A stretch of 64,000 nt of DNA, from positions 5,580,001 to 5,644,000 of the forward strand of contig OZ218952.1 of assembly GCA_965112735.1 (NCBI GenBank), read 5' to 3'. This DNA is from Phaeosaccion multiseriatum. Lineage: Eukaryota; Protista; Ochrophyta, other classes. The notes under the pieces are model-generated. The model ran no database searches. It saw only the letters and a program-made list of their open reading frames with translations, and was not told where the DNA came from. Positions 22,841 to 35,740 of this stretch are shown here, in pieces (the stretch's first letter is position 1; each line of letters opens with the position of its first letter). The position numbers were made by a program, and so were the translations under genes.

Positions 22841-25800
22841 CAGGACCACCCCCGCGAGGTGTCTCTGGCCACAGTGGAAGACGTGCACGCCGCGGTGTAC
22901 GCCCTCTTGGCCAAGCGGTATGGAGTGGAGAAAAGCACTCGCAACCAATGGCGACGATCCTCCACACAAGAGGGTGATACTGATGCTGCTGCTGCTGCTG
23001 CTGCTGGTGCTGGTGCTGCTGCTGCTGGTGCTGGTGCTGGTGCTGGTAGTGCAGGAGCTAAGGGCAGTGGGAAGGGGCAGCAGGCTCCGGCGGCAGAAGG
23101 GGCGGACGGGGGGGGAGACGTCACTATGGGTGAAGGTGAGTGGGGTAAGGACGGGGGCGGGGCTGGGGAGGCGATATATCTGTGAGTGGGCCTGGGGAGG
23201 GACAGGTAGCTCAGGTCTCTTAGAACGGAGCGTAAGGTCTGGTCTGTCTAGTTGTATGCAGCACCTTCCTTACGGCTTCCTTAACCGCTGCTTCCTTTCC
23301 CGTCTCATGCGCTACATACCACATATCTTCTTGCCCGTCTGCAGCTGGCGAGGGAGGCAGCGCAACACCAGCAGTTGGTGATACAGCAGACGCAGCCGCC
23401 ATGGCAGCCTTCGACGCTCTGGACATCGACCCCGCTGTGGTGGCGCAGCTTGCCTCCGAGCTCAGCCACTTCAAGCACGCCGTCCGGAGCACAGCCAAGA
23501 GGTGAGTTAAGCCACACGCACAACCACACGCACACGCACAGCGACACGCACAACCACACGCACAGCCACAGACACAGACACAGACACAGGCATAGGGGAG
23601 GCAAGAGGGAGGAAGAGCACACGCCAGCCACCGTCATCACACCTCTCTCCTCCCATGCATCCACCTCACGCCCTCTGCGTTCCCCCACCCCTCTCTCCCG
23701 TGCGTCCGTCCGTGCGTGCGTGCGTGCGTATGTGTGTCTATTTGAATGTTTGTGTGTGTGCGTGCGTGCGTATGTATATGTGTCTATTTGAATGTTTGTG
23801 TGTGTGCGTGCGTGCCTCCCTCCTTCAACAGGGCGCTGGAGCTCATTGCGGGTGCCAAGGACGTATCCGTGTCCGAGATCCTGGTACCCTCCAGGGAGAG
23901 CTTCTCTACCGCACTCTTCGCCAAACAGGTGGGTCAGGACACACACGCTCTCTCTCTATGCGTGTTTCTGACCTGAGGTCCTCTTCTCTCTCTCTCTCTC
24001 TGCCTGCATGTGTATGTTTATGTCCTGACACCCTCGTGTCTCTCTCTCTGTCTCTCTCTCTGTCTCTGTGTGTGTGTCTACACTCTCAGCTGCGCACCCT
24101 GCAGGCCAGTCACAAGATTGGCCTGCTCGAGGCCTGTGCATACGGTCTGCTGCTCAAGCCCCCCTCGGGAAAAGCCCCGTCAGGATCGACAGCAGCAGCA
24201 GCACCAGGAGGAGGAGGAGGAGAAGGAGGAGAAGGAGGAGCAGGAGAAGGAGGAGCAGGAGGAGAGGCAGCGCCGCCGAGTGATACCCCCGCGGGCGTGG
24301 ATGTGAAGCCGCCCGCTCCTGCTGCTCCTGCTGCTCCTGCTGCTCCTGCTACTACTGCTACTGCTGGTAGTGGTGGTGGTGATACGCAGGCTCCGGTTCC
24401 AGCTGTGAGTCCAGGCGGTGGGCTGCTGACTGTGACGGGCGAGGTGATCGGGTTGCTGCAGGACGTGCTGGCCCTGACGGAGGCGAGTGAGAACGACCCT
24501 TCCTCGGGTTTCTCTTACTCCTCTTCGTCCTCGTTGAGTTCATCGGCCTCTCCGGCCCTCTATGAAGCCTTGCCCGGGAGTAGATCCCCCCCCAGCCACT
24601 TCTCGTACCCCAGACGGTGAGAGAGGGAGGGAGAGAGGGTGTGGGGGGGCGAGGGGGGGGGGAGGGGGGGAGGAGAGGGACGGAGGGGAGGGGGGGGTAA
24701 AGGGGGAGAAAGAGGGTGGGAGAGAGAGGGAGGGAAGGAGAGAGGGAGGAATAGAGAGGGAGGGAGGAATAGAGGGAGGGAGGAATAGAGGGAGGGAGGA
24801 ATAGAGGGAGGGAGGAATAGAGGGAGGGTGGAAGAGAGAAAGGGGTGGAGAGGGACCTTCGCTTCTGCCTCGTGGCCTTACGCTCTTCCCTCCCTGTACC
24901 CCTGCACGCCTCGTCTCCTCCCCTGCAGGACCTCTATTCGGGACCTGCCCTCGCCGTCGGAGCTGCCCCATCAGGTGAGTGAGTGCTTGAGTGAGTGAGT
25001 GAGTGAGTGAGTGATTGATTGAGTGAGCATGTGAGTGAGTGAGTGAGTATGTGAGTATGTGAGTGAGTGAGTGAGTGAGTGAGTGAGGAAGTGAGTGGGG
25101 GAAGTGGGGGAGAGGTAGAGTGAGTGACTCAAGTTGACTCAAGCGAAGCGAGGGAAGAGAGACCCCTGCTGATGCTATTCACTACCATCCACTGCCATCC
25201 CTTGCCATCCGCTTGCCTCAGGTGCAACTGCGCATCAGCGCCATCCGCTTGATGCACGCCGTCATTGTGTGCAGCCCGGAGGACATGAGCATGCACGGCA
25301 AGCACAAGGTCCGTTGATCAGTACCTGGTGTTAATCAGTACCTGGTGTTAATCAGTACCTGGTGTCAGTCAACCAGTCCGTGTCTGTCAGTCCAGTCAGT
25401 CAGTCAGTGAGTTAGTGAAATCCGTACCTATGCCAGTCAGTCAGTCAGCGATACTCCTCCTCTTGACTCGTGCCACCACCCTTCTCATCCACTGCCATCC
25501 ACTCTACGCTCCCCCCCCCCCCCAGGAGCTTCGCAACCGCTGCATGGCTCTGTTCTTCAAGAGCCTCACAAGCCGCGCTGACCCGGTCGTGGAGGCCGCG
25601 CAGGCAGCGCTAGAGCAGGTGCGGGGTGTCAGGACCGGGCAGGACAGGGCAGGGCAGACGGTGTCAGGACAGTTTGTGTGGGTGCATGGGTCCATAGGGC
25701 AACTTGACAACTGGCAAAGGACAAATGCCAGCTGGCGACCACCTTCACTGTCCGTAAATGTCCAACTCACTCACTCATGACGTCAACCAACACACTACCA

Positions 25801-28800
25801 ACATCTATACGTACACACACAACCGTACGCACACACACGTACATGTACAGGTGATACACGCACCCAAGTCCAAGGAGAAGAACATCCCTAAGGAGCTTCT
25901 CCAGTCCTGCCTGAGGCCGGTGCTCAAGAACATGACCTCTCTGCACAAGCTCAGCCTGCCTCTGCTGCAGGGGCTCTCCAAGCTGCTCTGCCTGCTCTCC
26001 AACTGGTTTAGGTAAGGGGTCGCCAGGGCGGTGCGTTGGTGGGTGGGTGGGTGGCGGGATTTGTTTCAGATATACATTCATCGTGATATGACGGAGCCAT
26101 GCGATGACGAGAAAGTGTGAAATCGTACTATAGTGCAAACGCTTTTTGTTATCCTTCCTGTCTTTTCCTATCTGACCCCACCCCATCCACCCACCCCCAC
26201 TCCTGGTCATACCCTGGCCCGGTGTAGCCTGACGCTGGGGGAGAAACTGTACGAGTATCTCAAGCAGTGGACTGAGCCTGACGTTATTCAGGGCTACGCT
26301 GACCCCAAGGGTTGGCAGACAGGCGAAGGTGAGGGAGTGAGTGAGAGAAGGAGGGAGGGAGGGAGTGAGGGAGTGAGTGAGTGAGTGGGTGAGGTGGGCA
26401 ACTCGTGCCATTGAGTTGTACCTGTATACGAGTTGCTATGCTGTGGGGCAGTCAGGGAACCACCCCCCCCCTCTCCGTTGACTTTTATGTCATTAATTTC
26501 TGCCATCCACTGCCATCCACTTGTTGATGGTGCCTCCCGTGCCTCTCTGTGCCTTCCTCTTGCGTCTGTCTGTGCCTCCTGCCTGCTCTGCTCTCTTCAG
26601 AGCCCGAGGTAGCGGCGGCCATCATGGGTCTCTTCCACCTCCTCCCTCCTTCCCCCACCCCCAAGTTCCTGGGGCCTCTCGTGTCCCTGACCGTCCAGCT
26701 GGAGAGCGTGCTCTTCCGCTACAAAGGGTACTCCAGCCAGCCCACGAGCCCCTTCACAGTGCCGCTGACCCTCTACCTCAATAGATACGCGCAGGCGGCT
26801 GTGGAACACTTCCTCGCCCCTGAGCGCATCAATAACAAGGACCTGGCCAACCTCCTCGTGACCGTGTTGAGGCAGGATGAGCTTGGAGAGCCTCTGAGAA
26901 GGTTGCTCAGCGCCCCCGCCTGCGGTGATATGCTCATGCGCGCATGCTTTCAGGTGAGGAAGGGGTGAATTGAGTCTAGGATACTACTTGCGCGAACCTC
27001 TCTCTCTCTCTCTCTCTCTGTTTGTTTTTACTTCCCTCTCTGTGTACGTCACTCTCTCTCTGTGCGCTGCGCTTACCCTGACGGCACGTGTGTGTCCTTT
27101 GTCTCTCTCTCTCTCTCTCTCTCTCTCGCGATGTCTCATACCTCTCGACGTCCCTCTCCACATGTCTGTCCTATGCTCTACTCTACGCTCTACTCTGCGC
27201 TCTACCCTGTGATCTGCTCTACGCGCTCTACGTGTGCCTGCAGGAGGTCCTGGACGGTGCCGCCTCTGCCGTAGACCCCGTGTCTGCCAATGCCCTCCTC
27301 GTGGCCAGAGGGCAGAGCAGGGCCGCTATGGACAACCTTCGTAAGGTGAGGGCAGACGTGGAGGCCCAGGCTGGGGCCCTCAACGGGCTCCTGGCACAGA
27401 AGCAGCAGTTGGTGGTACAGCATCAGGAGCAGGTCCTTCAGGCGGCGACAGCGGTGCAGCACGCCAAGGGAGTCGTGGCGGCGGCGCAGCAGTTGGTGGT
27501 ACAACAGTCTACAGATACAGCAGCGGCAGGGGCTGGAGCAGGGACAGCGGCAGGGGGAGCAGCTGGTGATGCAGCAACGGGTGATGCAGCAGCGGTGGCA
27601 GGGGCTGCCGCTGCTGATGCAGCAGGGACAGGGGTAGCAGTTGGTGAGAGTGCAACGGGTGTAACAGATGCTGCTGCCGTGCCAGGTGCTGCTCCTGCTG
27701 CTCCTGCTGCTCCTGCTGCTCCTGCGGCTCCTGTGGGTGGTGTGGAAAGCGCGCTCCAGCAGCAACAAGTGGCGGAGGGACAGCAGCAGCAGTTGGCGGT
27801 TCGGCACCAGCAGGAGGTGCAGACTCTGTCCACCGCTGTGGAGGAGGCGAGAAGCAGACTCACCGCACTGCAGGCGGCACTGCAGACCGCGGAGGAGAGC
27901 GCGAGGGTAAGTGTGTAGATTGAGGCGTATGTGGGCGTGTGTGGGTGGGTCGGGGCGTGGGTGGGTACCAGCTCCTCGTCTTGGTCGATTGGTCGATGGT
28001 CGTTACGTCCGTTTCATGTGTATGTGTTTCCTTCACTCAACTTGAAACGTCTTTGTCCTAACGTGCGTTCTTGGGGTGCCTTTGCCTGACTTCTCTTCCC
28101 CATCCCTCCGTACGATGGCGCAAATGCACTGTACACAACACACACCCCCACACACACTCACACACTCACACAAACACACAATACACACGTACACATACAC
28201 GTCGACACACACAACGCAACTGCTGTGAAATTCGTCACCACGTGCACTGTGAATCACCAACAGCTGCAGCGCACGAAGCTGCCCGAGGTGCTGGCCCAGA
28301 CCAACAGCAGCCACCACCACCTCGCAGGCATAGCAGACGGGCACGACGGAGCCCCGTCTCCCTCCGCCACCCCCGCAAGCATTGACCCCATGGTCATGGA
28401 GAGGCAGTTCCAAGGGCTACGCATCGTGTATACGCTGTCTGTCCATCAGGGGCCGGACTACATGAGGGAGAACAGGGGTGCGGCGGAGATGGTGCGGTTG
28501 CTGTGGCGGACCATTTGCAGGCAGCACCAGCAGCATCAGGTCTTTCTGATGCGGCAGCAGCGGCTCCGACAGCAGCAGCAACACGCGCTCCACATGCAGC
28601 AAAGGCAACAGGGGATGGCACCAGACGCCATCGCCATGGCCAACGCCAATGTGGCCTCTGCCAATGCAAATGTGGCCGCTTCCAATGCGCAGCGCAGCCC
28701 CTACGAGAGGCACAGTGAGCAGAAAGCGCTGAGGGCCCAGCACGAAGCCAAGCTCATCATCAAGTGTATGATGCAGGTATGTATCGTGGGCAAAGGGGTA

Positions 28801-30327
28801 TGCGAGTACATGGGCCATGGGTATAGTTCTTGGTGTCAGTTAAGTAGTCCTTCCTGCTGGTGCTTCTTGGTGTCAAGTCCGTGCCTTGCCGCGTCCGTGC
28901 GTGCGTGCGTGCGTGCGTGCGTTTATTCATCATCCCTCCGCCCACCCGCGAAACGCACCTCCGCCTCCACCCCCCGCCCTCTGCCACCATCTGCCCTCCC
29001 TCAGTACTTCCGCGCCTTTCCTTCGGAAGTGACAGCGCTGTTCGACATGCTGCACGTCTTCCTGCTGAAGGACCAACACGTGGACTTTACGCTCCTGAAG
29101 GAATTCTACAGATACGAGGTGAGAGAGGCGGTAGTGAGCCGAGCAAGGCAGGCAAAGGTTTAGCTCTGAACAGGGCGATACTGAGGCAAGGATACTGAGG
29201 CAAGCAAGGCAAGGCAAGGCAAGGCCAAGCGCAAAGCAAGGCTTAGCAAAGAATCTATGCCAAGCTATCAAGAGAGCAAGGGAGGGCATCTCTCTGCCGG
29301 GGTGTCTAGTCCTACATACAGTACAGCAGTCGCCAGTGTCGATCATTTCTCTTTCTCCCCCTCTCTCTTCTCTCCCTGTCTCTCTCCAAAATGCGGTTAG
29401 TGTCTCTCCCTGCCTCTCTCCAAAATGCGGTTCATTGACATGTGTATCTATGCTCCCATCGCACTAGGTACCTCTCCTGACCAACAACGAGCAGAAGAGC
29501 CGTATCTTCAGCCTCGCACTGGCTCTCCTCCTCGACCGCCGTTACAACGAGGACCTCAAGATTCTCTCTCTACGCCTGTTGGTCATCCCTATGCTGGCGA
29601 CGACCTTTGAAGACCCCGGCTGCCAGAGAGCGCAGGTCATCGACGCCAACTTACTGCAGAGCTTCATCACTTCGGCCCTCGGCTCTGCCCCCGCCACACC
29701 ATCCTCTGCCTCCCACCCCTCCTCTTCTGCTCATTCAGGCATGGGCGGCACCCCGTCCTCCACTTCTGGTGCTGTGGGTAGTGTGGGTGTTGCTTCACCT
29801 CAAGGGGGGATGGTGAATGGGGTATACACCCCTGGAGCAGTGGGAGTAGCTGCTCCTCTCGCTGGACAACAGGCAGGGGCTGCTGTGGTCGCAGGAGGAG
29901 GAGGAGGAGGAGGAGGAGGAGGGGTGGGGGTGGGGCAGGAGGGGGAGCTGACCTTGTCGGAGGCCCTTCGCATCGAGCTGCTGCAGCTTGCAGCTCTGCT
30001 CATTGAGTTTCTCAGCAGAGAGCTCGTGGAGCATCGCAAGGTGAGTGAGTTGGTGATTCGGAGGGAGGGAGGGAGGGGAGGGATGGAGGGCCAGGGAGGA
30101 GGGAGGGAGGGAGGGGAGGGATGGAGGGGGAGGGGCAGCAGCGAGCAACGTCTTGTGAGCATGGGGGGCTCTATTGACCCTCACTCTGACCCCGATCCCT
30201 CACCTTCACCCTCACTCTGACCCCTGACTCTCATCCTAACCCAGACCCTTACCCTCACCTGACCTGGACCTTTTCTCGCTCGCCCCCTCGCCCTCCCTCT
30301 CTCTCCCGCTTCTCTCTCCCTCTCCCG

Positions 30328-30361
<34 letters not shown>

Positions 30362-31761
30362 CTTCCTTGGTTTTCTCTCTTTTATTCTCTCTTCCTCGAC
30401 AGGAGCTCATCAAGTTTGCTTGGAACCACCTCAAGGTGGAGGACGGCACTTCGAAGCACTGGGCCTACGTCAACGTGTGTCAATTCATCAGCGTGTACGA
30501 CACCCCCCCCAAGATCATCTTGCAGGCGAGTCACAACTGGCGAGGGAGGGGAGGAGAGTGAAGTGGTGGGGAAGGGGAAGGGGAAGGGGAGAGGAAAGGA
30601 GGGGACGGGACGGGACGGAAGGGGAGGGGAAGGTAGGGGGAGAGAGTGGGTTGTGATAGGGTAGTGCTGGGTAGGGATTGTGCTTCACCGTAATACCGTG
30701 TGTGTATTTATACCGTGCCGGTCTTTGTTCGCATCAATCGTCCAGCGCCTGCTTCGCTCACACCATACCCCTTCTTTGTGTGTGTCTTTCCTCCTCTCTC
30801 TCTCTCTCTGTGTGTCCCTCTCTCTCGTTTGTCCCCCCTCCCCCTCCGTATCACCAACAGGTGTACGTGGCCCTGCTGCGCACGTACCAAACAGAGGTCA
30901 AGCACCTTGTCCGCACGGCGCTCGACATCATCGTGCCCGCCCTCCCTCGCCGCCTTGCCCTCAATGACTTCATCAAGGCCATCAAGTGGACGAAGAAGAT
31001 CATGTATGAGGAGGGCCACCACCTGCCGCAGGTAAAATCTTGGGTTGAGCCAATTGTGATACCAGCTATGTCTATCTACCTTTCTTGTCTACTTGTGTAT
31101 CCGTTGTGTCTGTTGTGTGTCCGTCTGTCTAGTTGAGCCAGTTGTGATGTGAGCTGCCCTTAACACTGTCTGTCTATGCGTCTGTGTGTCTGGTGTGTAT
31201 GGTGTGTCTGTGAGTCTTTCTCTGTCTGTTTATCCCTATCCCTCTGTCTGTCTATCTATCTGTCTGTCTCCCTTGAGCTTCGAACTGTCTGTAGCCCGTT
31301 TGCCTTGCGCAGCGTGTGGCGTTTGGTTGAGCGTGCGTTTCCGTTCCGTCAATGTATTTCGCTCTGCACCTAAGCTCCCTCTGTCCCCCCCCCCCCCCCC
31401 CCGGCCTGCTGCTCTGTGTCCTCTCTCTCTCTCCCTCTCTCTCACTCTCTCTCTCTCTCGCACACACACACATACAGCTGATCCACATGTGGCAGTTGGT
31501 GGTACGACACCCCGTACTGTTTTACGGCTACCGCAGCCAATTCATCCCCCAAATGGTCAACTCACTCAACCGCCTCGGCCTTCCGCCCAACTGCCCGGTG
31601 GAGAACCGCCAACTCGCCATTGGGCTAGCAGATGTAATGGTGTCGTGGGAGATACATCGCCAGCAGCGCACGGCCTTCGCGCAAGAGACCGCGGCCAAGG
31701 CCCGTATGACTGCGGCTGCCACAGCTGCTAGTGCTGGTGCATCTACCGTACCACCAACTGG

Positions 31762-31799
<38 letters not shown>

Positions 31800-34700
31800 T
31801 GGCTCCAGCTGCTGGCAGTGCCGCCTCGCCTGCCGTGGGCGACAAGAGAGGTGCCCCAGAGGACGGCAGTCACACGGGCACGGACTCCAACAAGACGGCC
31901 AAGCTGGGGGCGGCCTCCTCTCCGGCGGCGGCTGCTGCTACTTCAGCAGGCAGTAGCCCCCCTGGGACAGGCGGTGTCCCCCCTGGGACGACGCAGCAGC
32001 CCCCACCCGGGGTGGGCCCTGGGGCTGTACCCCTGCCTGGCACCCCTGCTGCCGCTGCCCCTGCCCCTATGACTGGAGCCCCTGCCCCCGCCGCTGCCCC
32101 TGCTCCTGCGGTGCCTGCTGCAGCTCCAGCCTCATCCGCAGCCCCGCCAACTGTGAGGCACACGTCAGGCGAGGACGACTTTGTGCTGTCTCCCACTATG
32201 GTGGAGATGGTCAGCAACTTCCTTATGCGATTGAGTCTCCTCGCCGCCAGCAGCAAGGACGCGGCAGTCAGCAGGTCAGTTCAAGAGGGAGAGAGGAAGG
32301 AAGGAAGGAAGGAAGGGGAGGGAGGGAGGGAGGGAGGGAGAGAGAGACAGGGGGGGGGGGGGGAGGGAGGGAAAGGGGTCACGGGAACGAACCGAAGGGA
32401 CCAAAGGGCTTTTGGCTGTGCTTCTGTTGTGTTGTGCTTGTTCTCTTCCTCCACCACCCCCCCCAACACCACACTCACCCTCTCGTCCTCCCCCCGCCTT
32501 AGAATGTCGGCTCAGTGTGTGGAGCTCCTCCGCCGCTGCCTTGAGCTGTGGCCTTCCGCAGCTTTGAAGAGCGTATACTTTGACAAGCACGTGTCTGGAG
32601 CCATTGAAACCGCCAAGCAAGAAGCTGCCAAGGAGATGCACCAGGCCCAGGCTGGGGGGGCAGGGGCCAGGGGAGGAGGGAGCGAAGGCTACACCACGAC
32701 TACTGTGGCTCCTCACTTGCCCCTTGCCCTGCTCGAGACCACTGTAGATGTGCTCAACGCCTCCCTCGGACCTCACTCCAAGGCCTCTGCTGCTGCTGCC
32801 GCCGCCGCTGCCGCCAAGGCTACTGCCGAGGCGACTTCCCAGGCCACTGCCACTACCGCTGGTGCTGCTTCGGCGCCCGGGGGAGGGGGTGGGAATGAAA
32901 CGTTGTCCTCGACCTTCGCGTCCTCGTCCTTCTCGGCGTCGCCATTTGACCTGTCGAAGCGCGTGTTGGAGCAGCCCGTGGCGCCCTCCCTTGCCCCCCG
33001 ACCACCGAACAATCTGTTCAAGGAGCTTGTACCAAAGCTTCCGCAGCTCATTGCTCTTTGGTTCGCGGTGGAGGGTGGGGGCAAGAACGGTCTGTCGGTG
33101 AAGTTGTACGCCCTAGTGGCTCGGTTGGCTGAGCTGTACCCGCCTCAGGCGCCTCCGGATTCGTTCAGAGAGTGCGCTTTTTGGGACAAGCTCAGCCACG
33201 CGATGCAGCTACGCATTCAACAAGCTGCGCAAGACAAGGGCGGCTTAGCAGGAGGGGGCGGCTCAGCCTCAGCCTCTGCCTCCTCCTCCTCCTCGAAGCA
33301 GGGGCAGGGAGTGCAGGGGGTAAAGGCGGGGCAGAGGGACAGGGACAGAGAAGCCAACGACGTGAGCGCGTGCGTGGCGCAGCACACAGTGGCAATGGTG
33401 ACGGCGGTGACGGATGTGTGGCCGGCCTTCGCGGAGCAGCACGCAGTGGGCCTGGTGAAGCTCAGCAGGAAGCTCACCACAGACCATGTGGCGGTGCGTG
33501 GGGAGAGGGGCGTGGGTATGTGTGCAGTAGTGTAGAGAGGAACGACTTCTTTTGTGTCTGCCCATATCCCTGACTGACTGACTCACTGACTGACTGACTG
33601 ACTGACTGACTGACTGACTGACTGGCTTGTGGGCGCGGAAGCCGGACCTTTGCGCTGTGACTGCAGAGCTGTGGCTGTGGCTGTATGCCCAACTGCTGTG
33701 ACTGTGACTGGGATTAGAGCTGTGGCTGTGGCGTAGGCTTCCCTCCAGAGGGCCTCGTCTCTACACGCGCCACTGTTGCTTTACTGACCCCCTGCCCATA
33801 TGCCTGTCCATGTGCCTCCCTCTACAGCAAGCCATCCAGACGCGCACTGCGCACGGCGGGCATGTGCCTCAGGGGCTTGGAGAGACCATTGCCAACCTCG
33901 TCATGGGGCCCAGGGTGAGGGAGAGTGGGGGGCCTGACACCCAGTACTACCACGGCCTGACACCTGACACCTGCTACTGCCACTCCTTGATACCTGTAAC
34001 ACTCCAAACACACCTGAGACACACACCTGACACACGTGACGCACATGACACACCTGTACTGCCGCCACCTGCTACTACCTGCTACTGCCTGACACCTGAT
34101 AATTCCCCAGCGCCCAGCGCCTAATCCATACTGCCACTGCCTGCCACCTACTCACTGCCATCCCCTGCCATCCCCTACCATCCATCCATCCATCCATCCC
34201 CTGCCATCCCACCCCATCCCATCCCCGATCAGGTGCTGCCCACCCCCACCATGGGAGTGCTCCACTCTGCCCTGTCCCCTGACTCGTACGACCCCTCTGC
34301 CGATGCGGTTTCGCCCTCCATGAGCACTCTCGTCATGACCGTGCAGCTCCTGGGCAGGTGGGTGTAGTATGTCAATGGGTGGGTGGGTGAGTGGGCTTTG
34401 GGAGGAGGGGAGGGGAAGATGGTTATGAACTCCATCCCTGGTCGGTCTCTGGCGGACCGTCATTCACTGCCATCGTTCACTCACTGCCTTTGGACGGCCC
34501 CTCTACTGCCTTCTGATTCACTCACTTGCCTTGTGATTCACAACTGGCTTAGGGTGACCGCGGGCGGCAAGCTGCCTGATGTGCGAAAATCCTTCAACAC
34601 CGTCGTCAGCGTGTGTTTGGAGAAGAGCGACAGGTGAGTGCGAGAGAGGGAGGGAGTGTGAGGAGTGGATAAGAGGGAGTGTGGCTCCCCTCCTTCCATG

Positions 34701-35709
34701 GTCCGAGGAAGCGGATGGTCTCTGATGTGGCACATGGTCCCAGCAAAACTGAAACTGACAAACCCCTCTCCCCCTTCTCCCTCCCCCGCCCCCTCCCCCC
34801 CAGCGTGCTCCTCCTGACCACCATCATCGGCTTCATGTACGACTGGCTCGTCAACCCCAAGTCCGTGCTGAGCGCCAAGGAGAAGGCCATTCTCCTCACC
34901 AAGGTGTCCAACTTCGATCGGTTGCCCGAGGTGAGTAGGGTGCATTATGCAGAGGCGTATGGATATGTGTGTGGGTGTGTGGGTGTGGTTGTACTTCCCT
35001 TCCCTTCCCTCCCTCCCTCCCTCCCTCCCTCCCTCCCTCTCAATTCACCTCTTCATCCCCTCCCTCCCTCCCCATACGCCTCCAACCCCTCCCCCCCCCC
35101 CCCCTGTGAACCCACCAAATGATGAACAACCAACAGGCCAAGGCGGAGTACCTCACCTCCCAGTACCTCATGCTTGTGCAGCGACTCGCGCTGGTGCGGC
35201 CCCAAGACCCCGTGGGCTTGCAGTGGGTCACCCCGCACGAAACCGTCTTTGTCATGATTGCCCTCATGTCCTCTGACGAAACCAAGCGTGCGGTGAGTTC
35301 GCCCTTGTCGTTCTTGGTCCGTCTTGCTACCTTACTTCGCTGCTCTGCTGCACAAGTTGCTTTGTGTGGGGTCCTTCACGCCTCCCCTCTCTCCCTCCCC
35401 TCCCGTTCTCGTCTTGTGCCCGCCCTTCTTACCCTCCTCCCTCCCTTCCTCTTCTTTTTCTTCTCCACCCCCCCCCTCCTCCTCCTCCTCCTCCTCCTCC
35501 TCCTCCTCCTCCTCCTCCTGCAGGCCTTCTTCCCTCGCTTCCTCGCCAACAGCGGCACGAACCCCTCCCCTGCCGCTCGGCTGCAACACGCCTTCCGTCA
35601 AGACTGGTCCCTCCTGTCTCAGCGCTTCTGGCCAGTGCTCGTGGTGGAGGAGCTTATGAGCTGTATCGATGCCGGCAATGGGCACCGAATACACATTAAG
35701 GAGGGGCCT

Positions 35710-35740
<31 letters not shown>

